A program made the translations under genes and the position numbers. Below are positions 12,351 through 23,549 of a stretch of 62,000 nt of DNA, piece after piece. The notes under the pieces were generated by a model. That model was not told where the DNA came from. It ran no database searches and saw only the letters and a program-made list of their open reading frames with translations. This stretch comes from Wallemia ichthyophaga EXF-994 (Eukaryota > Fungi > Basidiomycota). The first letter of the stretch is position 1; each line of letters opens with the position of its first letter. Where the stretch lies: positions 20,001 through 82,000 of the forward strand of contig NW_008806276.1 of NCBI RefSeq assembly GCF_000400465.1, written 5' to 3'.

Positions 12351-14865
12351 ATGTCAACAGCCAATACCAAAGACAAGGATTTATTTTATAAAATTGATTT
12401 GAGTGAAACCAAGCAGCAGCTAAATGATTTTAATAAAAGGGACAAGAATTTCAACAATTTAAAGTTAGTTTTAAAGAGAATACTGGCGAATGTTACTATG
12501 GGCTATGATTTGTCTGGTATTTACAAGGATGTTGTGCAGCATTTGAGCGTTAAGGATATTCAAATCAAGAAGCTTATTTACTCGTACCTAGCCACCTACG
12601 CTAAACATCGCCCTGATCTCATCCACCATCCCGTTTCTCTCCTTCTCAACGATTGCGCTGATAGGAATCCTTTACTGCGCTCCCTTGCCCTACGCACCAT
12701 GTCCTATATACAACTCCCATACGTTGCTCACTCTCTCATGGACCCTCTCAGGCATTGCCTCTCCGACGCTGATCCTTACGTGCGTAAAACCGCCGCAATT
12801 AGCCTCTGTAAGCTCTACTCTTACGACCCTGCTCTTGTAGAGAAGCACAGCTTGATTAGATTCCTCCGTGACCTCCTCGCTGACTCAAACGCTGCCGTCG
12901 TCGCAAACGCTGTCGCTGCCTTATGCGAAATTGCAAACAAATCCTCCAACATACAGCTTAAATTGAATATTACCATTGCCAATAAGCTCGTGAACGCTCT
13001 CGACGAGTGCTCCGAGTGGGCCCAGGTCTATATTCTCGAATCCCTCCTCCATTTCACCCCTCAATCTTCCCATGACGCTACTCTCCTCATTGAACGCATA
13101 GCCACCAATCTTCAGCACTCTAACAGCGCTGTCGTTCTTTCCTCTACCAAGATCATCATCTATCTCTTCAACTATATCCAAAACCAAGACACCATTTCTC
13201 ACTACTCCCGCAAACTCAGCCCTCCTCTCATAACTCTCCTCTCTTCACCTCCTGAAGTTCAATATGTTGCCCTTCGCAACATCCTTCTCATCATCCAGCG
13301 CCGTCCTTTGGTGTTGCACGCTGACGTCAAAATTTTCTTCGTCAAATACTCCGACCCTATCTACGTCAAGCTGGCCAAACTCGAGATTATCTACCGTCTC
13401 ACGCGTGTCGAGAATTACCGCGAGATTCTCGCTGAGTTGAGTGAGTATGCGACGGAAGTTGATGTAGATTTCGTACGCAAAGCGATAAAGTTAATGGGAC
13501 GACTAGCGATAAAAATTGAGGAAGCGAGTGATGAATGTGTTCGAGTGCTTTTATCTCTCCTCAACGATGGTATTGGGTATGTAGTGCAAGAGGTGATAGT
13601 AGTGATGCGAGACATTCTGCGCAAGTATCCGACACGCTACATCCGCGACTTGCCCGTTTTAACAGCGCAAATTGATCACCTCAATGACGTTGAGTCTCGC
13701 TCAGCGATGATCTGGATGATAGGGGAATATGCTGATATGATACCGCTCTCTCACGAGCTGCTCGACGACTATCTCTTTGCATTCCGCGAAGAGCATGTCG
13801 ATGTACAGCTGTCTCTCCTCACAGCAACAGTTAAGCTCTTTATCAAGACTCCCCATCAGGGTCAGGAACTAGTCCCGCGCGTGCTCGCTTGGGGGACTGA
13901 AGAGATGGATAATCCTGATATACGTGATCGCGCTTTTCTCTACTGGCGCCTCCTCTCTAGTGACCCTAACGCCGCGCGCGATGTGGTGCTAGCTACTAAA
14001 CCTACCATTAGCACCGATGCTGATCGCATGGATCGCTCTCTCCTTGACTCGCTCCTTTTGCATGGTGAGTAGGAACATGAAACCTCACCCACCTCACTTA
14101 GCTCACACATCCCTCTCAGTCGGTGAACTTAGCTCCGTGTATCACAAACAGCCTACGGCATTCATACGCGGCGCTAAAGTTAGATACCTCCCAGACTCAC
14201 CGTGTCTGGATACGCACGCACGCAGAGCGGCCCAGACGGCCAGTGCGCGTCATGAAGCTCCGACGCCGCTACCGAGTGTCCCGTCGCCCGATGTGGCTGT
14301 TGGCGGCGATGGGAGTGGTGGAGGTGAGGGTGCTGGAGAGAGTTTGAGTGTGAGTGTGAACGTGAATAACAGTGCTCACGCTCCAGCTCCCAGCCCCACC
14401 TCACCCACCAACCCCGGCTCAGCTAATGATCTCCACGCCCGTCCTATCTCTGTCGCTGGCGATCTCCTACCGCAGCATCTCACAGACGGTGGGATACATG
14501 CGGCGAATTCAAACAGACTTACGGCTGACTTTGGTCGTTTGAGTGTCGGTGGAGTAGGAGTGGGTGGAATGAGTCCCAGTGGCAGTCTAGGTGTGAATAT
14601 GAATGAAGAGCAACACGCAAACCACTCTCCGCACTCTCCTTCTTCACCTATTTACCCGGATGCTCACTCTCACTCTCTCCATTCCCCACATTCCAACTCC
14701 ACTCCCCCCTCAAACACACCGCACGGAGCTTACACCCAACTCAACCCTAACAGCGCAGAGACTAACGACCCTTCCAACCCTTATGCAGCACTGGGCGATG
14801 CGTTCGACGATACTCCCGTTCTTCACTCGAGAGGTGACCACAATGATTCGCTGTTAGACTTTTAG
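12351..14865 (+). CDS. APL1: Clathrin adaptor complex beta subunit, most like AP-2 beta; 2 exons
   Basis: Adaptin N-terminal motifs NPLLRSLALRTMS, DPYVRKTAA, PIYVKLAKLEII, ELSEYATEVDVDFVRKAI, NPDIRDRAFLYWRLL; intron 14065-~14119 restores HVGELSSVYHKQP. N-terminus (KRDKNF..LKLVLKRILANVTMG) favours AP-2 over AP-1 beta. Confidence 0.88.
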
Positions 14866-14994
14866 ATGGTTAGATGGTTAGACTCTTAGATTATGGACTT
14901 GGTTGATACATTTTTATACACCAATTAGATATCATGTTTTCACCTATTATATCATACATACACTATTATACATATACACCTGAAAGAACTCCCA

Positions 14995-17225
14995 CTACAC
15001 CCTTCCATCAACACCACCACTCTGATAGTGGTACGACAGCGGGCGTGGCTTGGGTACATAAGTGTCAAAACAGCCTCTGCACCAAACCCAACCGTCAAAG
15101 TCAACTTTAGCGAAGCTATCGAGGTCTTTAGCGCAGCCACGACAGCGCAGACACTTGGAATGGTACTTTGTACCTGCCGGTCCGGGAGTGCATTCGAACA
15201 GTGTCAATTTCTCTCCGCACGACGGACAGCTCGACATGCCGCCAAAATGTGAACGAGAGAAGGGTGATGAGCGTGTAGCCCAGAGGCTTTTTTTAGGAGG
15301 AGAGGGTGTGTTGAGTGTTTTGTGGGATGTCTCACCACCTGAGCCTTTGGGTTGATTCACACCTACACTGTCGCCACTCCCGCGTCGCGCATTGAGCGTG
15401 CTGGGGGATGGTGTCAGTGTTGCATGCACCGCCTTGCCCAATTTGGGCGGTGTGTTGGTGTTGGTGTTGGTGGTGTAGGCATTGCGCAGTCCGGGCGAGT
15501 ATTCTTTGCGCTGGGGTGAGGTCTGAGGTGTGGTGTTCTCCCGGGGTTTGACTTGGGTGCTGCTACTGCCAACGCTACCGAGCGTCCATGTTACTTGCGC
15601 AGGTGCACACTCCTTATGCCCAAGTCTGCCATTTGTAAGCTTCACAACTGATAACTTCCCCTCCGTCCCTTCCCCGGCAAGCGTCTTGCCGCACTGCGCA
15701 CAAAGCAGACAGTCTGCATGGTATGTCCCTTCGCCCGGTACACTGACTATATGTGTTTGTGTTTGCATCTGTTTGTTTGAGTTTGTGTGCATTGCGCTGA
15801 TCGGACGTTTGCACTCGGCGCACTCCTCCGTATTCTCCTTATCTTGATGCACATCTCGCCTTCCACTCAGCTCGTCGTGGAAACTGGTTATGCTCTGCGA
15901 TCGACTGCGCACATTGCTCGGTCTGGGGAAGACATTTGAGTCGAGAGAGTACTTTGAGCTGCGCCGTGAAGCTCGATTTGGTGGTGAGTTAGGAGGAGAA
16001 GCGTACTTCTCGACGCCCTCGAAACCCCTTGCACCGACCAAATCTCTAGCCGACACGCGTCTTTCCTTCTTGTCGTGGTCTTTGACATAATTTTTCTCCC
16101 TCTCCGTTTGCTTTTTCTCGTCGAATTCGATACTGCGGTCGCGCGCAATATCAGCCAGATTCGCCAGACTTTCTCGCTGCTTCGGAGAGATGTTTGACGC
16201 TTCGGTGAGTTCAACGCCACTCAGCTGCTCGCCAAGCATCGAGACGCGACCAGAACGTCTGGGCGATGTCTTCACGTTGCTGTCTGAGTTGATATTTTCA
16301 TTTGCGTTGTTAGGTGCGCTCGCAAGACCTAGTCTGTGGTTCAAATCGCGCATGGCACTATCCATCGACGGCTTTTGGGCGACATTGCGACTCTGTCTGC
16401 GACCACTCTTGCTGCGTCTGATCTGCGCTCTGTATGCACTACCCTCGAAACAATCGATGCAACAAGGCCAGCCATCAAGATCGGTGATAGGATCATTCTT
16501 CAAACTAACCCCGCAACCATCGCAATTGAAGCAGTTTGAGTGGAATAAACCGCACTTTGTGTTGATGTACACACCTTCCACTTTGAGTTCACCAATGACA
16601 GCTTTGCGACAGACAACACAGTCGCCTTTGCTGAAATTGGCGACGTAGCAGTGGTAGCAGAATGCTCTGCTCTCTGTACTGCCAATATCGTCGTGTGGGT
16701 GGATGTAGAGAGTGGAATTGGGTGGAAACGGGGTAGAGCATGACATACATACGGGGTGAGTGGTTGGAGACTCGGGTGAGAGGACGCTGCCAACGAGTTT
16801 GGTGAGTGTACCATCGGCAGTTTCGAGGAGTGGAGAGGCTGGACAAGAATCAGGTAATTGATATTCAACCTGTGGCTGCTGATTACTATCAAACACTTCT
16901 GGTCTGTTACGCCTGTTTGTGTTGTTGTTATTCCTGTTGCTGTTGCTGTTGCTGTTGCTGATGCTGCCGCTCGTGGACTTTGGTGGTTCAACATAACTAG
17001 AAAATATTAGTTGTGACAGCTACACACATACACGCCCAACTCACGTCCTTATCCAGCTATCAGATCTCTTGGTCTGGGATGGCCATTTCACTTGTCCGCC
17101 TGGATTTGGATGTAAATAACGCGAAATTTAAATTAATTCAAAAACCCACCGACTGCTACACCGCCGCACTTTTTACATCTCTCGTCCTTCTTGCAGATAT
17201 CACCACAGCGCGAGCAGAATGGCAT
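14995..17225 (-). CDS. Multi-LIM-domain protein with N-terminal CxxC-CxxC module; 3 exons
   Basis: Two upstream exons absent from the ORF track (MPFCSRCGDICKKDERCKKCGG / GQVKWPSQTKRSDSWIRT) splice in frame to YVEPPK...; several LIM motifs e.g. CVVCRKAV...FHSNCFNCDGC...CCIDC, CAECKRP...YHADCLLCAQC, CPSCGE...YHSKCLRCRGC...WCRGC. Confidence 0.85.
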
Positions 17226-17364
17226 TTGTGGTGGTGTTGGCGGTGGTGGTGGTGGTGGTGGTTGAGAGTTAAGAGGGAAGATTGAGTGATGGCGGAGATA
17301 GCAGGAGATGGCTGGAGATAGATGGAGATAATAAGTCGATGTGCCTCTCTATCCTCAACCACCA

Positions 17365-17946
17365 ATGTCGAGCTCAATCGTCTTTGACCACTTATTCACC
17401 TGCGACAGTATAGACAAAGATGGCAAGAAGTTCGATAGAGGTTGGTTACTTGTATTTTACTAGGCTTCGTCTAATAACCCGTTCAAGTGGCCAGAATCGG
17501 TGCAACTTCGACAACGCCAAACTTGAATTGCATTATTGATTTGCCTGTTGAGGTTTTCAGTTTGGCGGAGAATGAGAAATTCACAATGGCTTTGTCTACT
17601 TCGCTGTCTAATGATAGTACTGCACAAGCCCAGGGACACGGTTGGAGGCCTGTGAGTTGAGAGAGGCAGCCAATCACGCCCACTCATACTTACTTTCACA
17701 GGGCATGGATAACCAAGGTCTGGCTGCCGATTACGAGTATGTCTGTTTCGGCAAGGTTTACAAGTTCGACGAAGGAAAGCAGGAAATAGCGTGTGTAACG
17801 GTATTTACGTTTCACTTCACACTCTCACACTCTCCAGCACTGCTTATATCTCTTTCGGCGGTTTATTACTCGCAATCACCGGTCATGTCCGCTACTTGAG
17901 CGATATCAGCGTAGGAGAGGATCTTTATTTGCTTGTTCGCAGATGA
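17365..17946 (+). CDS. RPB8: RNA polymerases I/II/III common subunit RPABC3 (Rpb8); multi-exon
   Basis: MSSSIVFDHLFTCDSIDKDGKKFDRV (intron) ARIGATS...LNCIIDLPVEVFSL...FTMALSTSL; LAADYEYVCFGKVYKFDE; final exon FGGLLLAITGHVRYLSDISVGEDLYLLVRR*. Only fragments appear in the ORF track. Confidence 0.93.
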
Positions 17947-18058
17947 TTATATTTATTTATTCGTATTAGCATCTTTTTGCGACTGTTTAGGCTTATTTAC
18001 GCTTATTTTAAGCCTATTTTACGCCTATTTTACACCTATACACCCCTATTTACCCTCC

Positions 18059-21000
18059 TCACTCACCCATTTCTATCTGCTCCCGGAGCATTTTACTCTC
18101 ATCATTCATCGCCGTTATCATTTGCTCGTAACTACGCTCTATCTGCGCTATCTTGCTGTTATGTGCTTTGTGTAGCGCTTCGGTGGATATATTCCCACTG
18201 TTAAACACCGTCTCATCCCCCATACTCTTCAGTTTGGCTTCCGCTGCTGCGCGTCCGTCCTTCTCATGTAACAGTACCTTGCGCAACTCTCCCACTTCAA
18301 CCTCCGCTTGTCTCATCCTCTTCAGTGCCGCATCCAGGTTATTATTCTGTTCCTGCATTTTGTAGTTACGCTCGTTCAGTTCGTCGTTTAGCCCCGTTGT
18401 TGCCTCTGTCATGCTCTTCTGTACTGCTTTCATCGATTCTATATCTCCCATCAGTTTCATGCACTTGGTGCGTGAATCTGACAGCATTCCCTCCAGTCCT
18501 TCTTTGTCTGATGTGTATTAGCAACTACGTAATCTCATTCTCACTTTACCCACGGCTATGCGCAGCTGAAAGCTGCATGAATGAAGATTGTGTTGATTCA
18601 CGCAGCACTTCAATCTCATTTCGAAGCTGAGCCACATCTGAGAAAATTTGTCAGACAAGTGATTTCTTCAAACCCATACTCTCACCCACCTTGCTCGCTA
18701 TGCATGCTCCTCATTCTCTCCTTCACTTCTGCCAACTCCGCACCCATTCTGCTAGCGTCGTCGACCTGTTTTTCGAGCACTGTCACTCTCTCCATAAACG
18801 ACGGCAGCTCTTCCAGTTGCATCTTGAGACTTGCTATTTCGGACGAGCTGTCCTCCTTCGTTCCCTCCAGCTCTTTGATCCTACTGTGCAGCGCTTCCAT
18901 CTCACCACTCTTACTTGCCACATCCTCCTCCAATTTCTGAATTACCTCTTGCGATGAAGCATCGTTTGATATACTTTCGTTTAGGGTATGTAGCTGTTCT
19001 TTTAGATTTTCATTCGAAGCATGTGCTTCGTGGGCTTCTTTTAGTGCTTCTTCGTGTCTGTGTTTGTGATTCACCAATTCAGTTTCTGCCTTGTTAAATT
19101 GACTCTGAAGAGCGATTAATTTCTCCTCCTTTTCATCGCGCTCATGCTGCTCGCGCTCCTGCAGCGCCTGCAGCTCCAGCGTTTGTTGCTCGAGTGTACT
19201 AGCGCGTGTCAGAGCTTCTGCAAGCTTTTTGCTAGTGTCATCCAGTGCCTCCTGCAGTGCGTGTGTGTTATTACCACTATCACTCGCCTTCTCTTGCAGA
19301 CTTTCCATCCTGCTTTCATACGCCTTCATATCCACTTCATGCTGCGCTGCACTCTCTTCCAGCTCCCTGATGCGAGTATTGGCTGCGTCCTGCTGAGTGG
19401 AGAGTGAATCGTAATGAGCAGCGCTCTCCTCCAGCTCTTTGATGCGTACAGCGGCTTTTTCGTGTTCTGCATAAAGCAGCGCATGTTGCGCGGCACTCTC
19501 CTCTAACTCCCTGATGCGTTCGCTGGCTGAGTCGTATTGGGTGTAAAGCACTTCATGCTCAGCTGCACTTTTCTCTAGATCCTTGATGCGCGTCGTTGCT
19601 GCCTTGTGTTCTTCAGATAGTGCGTGGTGTTGAGTGGCACTCTCTTCCAACTCCTTAATGCGAGAAGTGGCTGCCTTGTGCTCTTCAGATAATAGGCCAT
19701 GCTGCGCAATACTCTCCTCTAACTCTTTAATGCGAGACGTAGCTGCCTCGTGCTCTTCAGACAGCGAGCTGTGCTGAGCGGCACTTTCCTCCAGCTCTTT
19801 AATGCGAGTAATGGCTGACTCGTACTCTTCAGATAACAGACCGTGCTGCGCAATGCTCTCCTCCAGCTCTTTAATGCGCCAAGTAGCTACTTGATGCTCT
19901 TCAGAAAGCAAGCTGTGTTGAGCAGCGCTATCATCCAATTCTTTGATACGAGAAACAGCAGCGTCGTATTGTTGAGACAGCAGGCCTTGTTGAGCGATGG
20001 TTTCCTCTAAGTCCTTGATACGAGCACTTGCTGAATCATGCTCGTTGGATAATGAGCTGTGTTGCGCAGCACTCTCCTCCAGCTCCCTGATGCGAATATT
20101 GGCTGCGTCATGGTTTGCAGCTAGCTGAGCGTGTTCTTGTGATACCTCTGACACCTCCTCCAATGCCACTATCTTCTCTTTCAATTGCGCTACGTCCTCT
20201 GCATGTATCCTGAGTTCTGCTACTGTCTGCTCCAATTCCAAAACACGAGTGTTGTGCATGTCCATTTGATCTGCGTTTTCATCGCGTGCTTTGAGAATTT
20301 CTTCCAATTCTTGGATTCGTGTGGCAGCAGTGTTGTCATATGAATCATGTATCTCCAGTATATCCTTCCTTTCCTGCTTATCTTTCTCATACTCAGACAC
20401 TCTCGTCTCAAGGGTTTCCAACATCTGCGCGCGTTCTTCAGCGACAGTATACTCGTGGTCAAGTTTAGCCTGAGTGTCGAGTAGACTCTGCTGGGCGGTG
20501 TGGAGGGCATGCGAATCAGTGTCAGCAGTCTCTCCAGCTTCGAACCCTTTATCGCCAACATGTCCAGCCGCAATGACGCTTTCCAATTCTGCAATACGAG
20601 CATGAGCGTCAGCGTCAGCGTCAGTGTTGGTATTGGCATTGGAATTGGCACTGCGCTCTGCGTCTAGCTCCGCACTGAGTGACTCAATGTGAGACTGAAG
20701 CTGAGCTATCTTCTCCGAGGCGGGAATAGAGCGAGGAGCGCCTGGCTTGCCCATAGCGCTTCCAGGCCTGCCTCCACCCACGGCGCTCCCGGGTCTGCCC
20801 ATTGCACTACCGGGTCTGCTCGGTACATCGTGGGAGAGGGAGCGCGACACGGATGATCTGCGAGTGGCGGATGCGGGCTGGGGCGAGGGTGCAGCCGATA
20901 GCCGCGATGTTGGTCTGTGAGGAGCGTTGGCGCTGCGTGTTGCTGGTGATGGGGTTGGTCTGGGTGCACTGCTGGCACTGCTGGCACTGGTAGTACCGGT

Positions 21001-21229
21001 AGATGTGCGCGTGGTTGTTGCACCGCGTCTGGCGGCCGCTGTCGCTGTAGATGGTGCCACCTTCCTCACCGTCGTCGGCGTGGCGGTCGTCGCTGACTTG
21101 GCTGGCACTCTGCGCGCGCCTGCGGTTACACCTGCTTTCACTCTTCTGTTTACATCGTTAGCGCACTCGTCTTCGCCTTGTTCCGCTCCCGTCTTACGGC
21201 TTGTCTTCTTCTTGCACTGGCGATCCCAT
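18059..21229 (-). CDS. Long coiled-coil protein with basic S/T/R/P-rich N-terminus and 24-aa repeats; multi-exon, function unknown
   Basis: ATG 21229 exon MGSPVQEEDKP, 52-nt intron (GTAAGA...GCTAAC...CAG), joins 858-aa ORF; further exon 18059-18487. A GTGAGT at ~18064 suggests a possible extra terminal micro-exon ending at 17966. Confidence 0.78.
19351..20142. repeat. 72-bp (24-aa) coding tandem repeat, 11 units
   Basis: ctctc(c/t)tcc..ct anchors recur every 72 bp from 19352 to 20072; consensus AAQHxLLSEEHxAATxRIKELEES. Confidence 0.9.
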
Positions 21230-21315
21230 ATCGTGGTTTGAAACAAAGAAAGAAACAAAGGAATATTGTAAATAATTTTATTGTATATTTATTTAGTATT
21301 GATATTACTCGATTG

Positions 21316-22806
21316 TTAACGCTGCTGTCGTTGTCCTTGTTGCCCTTGTTGCCCTTGCTGTCGTGGCCGTTGCTGCTTATATCGAGGCTGTGGAGAGTGT
21401 GGATAGACCATCTGCGGTGATTGGATAGGTGATGCGGCGGCGTTGTGGGCATTGTAAGCACCTAAAGCATCACCTAAACCCCCGGCCACTCCTCCAGTGC
21501 TCCCTCCAAACATCTGCATATGCGCTGCTTGCGCCTGCATTTGCCACTGTATTTGCCACTGCGCCTGCCACTGCATCTGCATCTGCATCTGCAACTGCAT
21601 CTGAGCATTGAATTGCGCATTAAAAGGGCTGTCCCTGCCGGTGTCTACTGGAGGTGGTCGCGTCACGGATGGTGGAGTGCGCGTGTCTGTTTTGGGAGTG
21701 TTATTCCTGCTGTTGTTCTGTGACTGCGATCGCGTAGGTGACTTGGGACGCAAGTTATCGATTTCCTGCGTAAGCGGTACGAGATTTGTTCCATTGTTAG
21801 GGAATCGCTCGCTCCATTCTTTGGCGTCGAACAGCTCGACGCCGTGAGGAGGCGTGTACGGTGTGTCTCCAGCGCTACCTGCGCCCTCCAAACCCACAGT
21901 TAACCAGCCTCTGCGTGCTTCGTGTGGTGTGCCAAATAACGCTAGTCGACGTGTACCACTGCAGAATGTCTCTATCAGCGCTAGTAGCTCGGATGGCTTC
22001 TGCTTCGATGACTTGGCTATGATGGTGTCTACGTCTATGTTGCAGTTGACAAAGTGCGAGTCTGATGCACGGCGTACTGTACCGCGTATGCCCATTAAGC
22101 AGTGCTGTTTGGTACGTTTGAAGAGTGTGTCTGAGGTTTTATCCTCGAAAACCTCGTCATCATTCGCATCCTCCTCATCGGCCGTAGTTTCCACCCATAT
22201 CACATCCTCGGCCCGTCTATACCCCCACCTTGCAAGCAATTCTCTGCCCTTCTCGAGCCCGTCATCGCCACCACTGCCGACCCAGACAAAGACGAAACTG
22301 GGATCAGCCGAGAGCTGGCGGATGGGGAGAGTAGCGAGAGCATCCCAAGTCCATTGAGAACCCTGAACTTGAGCTGACTGTGAGCCTGCCAGTGGAGGAT
22401 CGATGCAAATAACATCAAACTTGCTGCCCAAATTAATAACATCAAACAACCGAGAATGCTCGTGGGGCGATGATGGGATAGCTTCGACCAGGTTGAATGG
22501 GAGGTACGTTGGCGGGTATGAGTGCTTCTCAATGAGCTCCCCTTTCAACGCGAGTAGGTGCTTTAACCGCGGATACTCATCGAATCGCCCTTCTCTGTAC
22601 GCGTTTATGATCTGATCTTGCGGCCGTATTAACGTGTTCACATATGCTAAGCTGAAGTCATTACGCATCGACTCTTCTTTCGCACTGTATCGCTCCCCAT
22701 ATGCTAATCGCTTCTGCTTCTTGTCCTCGGGGAGTTCCTCTGTATACGCTGACGCTGACAGCTTGTCGCCATTCTCAGTCTTATTCTTATTCTCATCCTC
22801 TCTCAT
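21316..22806 (-). CDS. KAR4: MT-A70 family mRNA m6A writer subunit METTL14/Kar4 homologue
   Basis: NDFSLAYVNTLIRPQDQI, KFDVICIDPPL, SFVFVWVGSG...GLEKGRELLARWGYRRAEDVIWV, FKRTKQHCLMGIRGTVRR..D.HFVNCNIDVD, KP.EL..LIETFCSGTRRLALFG, RGWLTVG match METTL14 rather than METTL3. The 5' end may include an additional exon. Confidence 0.88.
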   Translation of the reverse strand: MREDENKNKTENGDKLSASAYTEELPEDKKQKRLAYGERYSAKEESMRNDFSLAYVNTLIRPQDQIINAYREGRFDEYPRLKHLLALKGELIEKHSYPPTYLPFNLVEAIPSSPHEHSRLFDVINLGSKFDVICIDPPLAGSQSAQVQGSQWTWDALATLPIRQLSADPSFVFVWVGSGGDDGLEKGRELLARWGYRRAEDVIWVETTADEEDANDDEVFEDKTSDTLFKRTKQHCLMGIRGTVRRASDSHFVNCNIDVDTIIAKSSKQKPSELLALIETFCSGTRRLALFGTPHEARRGWLTVGLEGAGSAGDTPYTPPHGVELFDAKEWSERFPNNGTNLVPLTQEIDNLRPKSPTRSQSQNNSRNNTPKTDTRTPPSVTRPPPVDTGRDSPFNAQFNAQMQLQMQMQMQWQAQWQIQWQMQAQAAHMQMFGGSTGGVAGGLGDALGAYNAHNAAASPIQSPQMVYPHSPQPRYKQQRPRQQGQQGQQGQRQQR

Positions 22807-23082
22807 CTGTACACGTCCTCATCGCCTTATAGGAGGGCTTTGTTGAGCAAATTCTATTTCCTCTGATTAGCTGCAAAATTTTACATTTCTTTTCTTCTCT
22901 TGGATGCTTGTGGGGATTCGTTTGTTCAGCTTCTCTTCTGCGTTTCATTCAGTTTGCTCGGTATTCATGACGTCAACTGGGTCACTCAATCTACGCAATG
23001 AAAAGCCTAGCGCTTTTTTTGAGCGTGCGGAAATTGCAACATGAAGGAAAAAAAAAAACCCCTTTTTTCCAAGAAAAAAGGG

Positions 23083-23087
23083 AAAAA
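23083..23087 (-). terminator. Pol III oligo-T terminator of the tRNA
   Basis: T5 immediately 3' of the discriminator base on minus, with further T-tracts to 23048. Confidence 0.6.
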
Positions 23088-23186
23088 TGGTAGAACTGGG
23101 ACTCGAACCCAGGACGCCTGAGGCAGCCGGAAAACTTAAGATAAATTACTTAAGCCGACCCGAATAACCAACTATCGGATTCTACC
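23088..23186 (-). tRNA. tRNA-Leu(UAA), class II, with 17-nt intron (23132-23148)
   Basis: Acceptor stem GGTAGAA/TTCTACC-A, T-arm CTGGG-TTCGAGT-CCCAG, anticodon stem GTCGG/CCGGC with loop CT-TAA-G, intron after position 37, long variable arm GCC-TCA-GGC; mature length 82 nt. Confidence 0.88.
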
Positions 23187-23549
23187 ATAGCAACAGAATG
23201 GCAAAACCGCCATACTATTCTTGCATAAGCGATATCGGTGGGCATTACATTTATAATTGAATGTGTTAGAAACTCTCAATTTTTCAGAAAGTTTTGTTGG
23301 CTGTCAATTTCAGCACTTGTCTTACAAATTTTTAGCCCACACTCAAACTTAATACCTCAGAACTGCGATGAGATGGTTTATGAGGCGTTGTTTACCTCTT
23401 GAAAGTGCGAAAAGTAACAATTTAAAAACAAAGACTAATTTTTACCCCTCGATTACCCCTACACGCTCAAACCCGCACACATAAAGCAGGGTAATTGAGT
23501 TGATACACTTTATCGCATCGACGCTCAACGCACAACACACAACCGACTA

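Noticed and set aside
17460-17699. Minus-strand ORFs 17460-17699 and 17483-17683
   Set aside because: Antisense to the spliced RPB8 gene, which explains the region.
17983-18055. Degenerate ~11-bp repeats (cctattttacg-like) between RPB8 and the coiled-coil gene
   Set aside because: Short low-complexity slippage in a probable intron or 3' UTR; no evidence of function.
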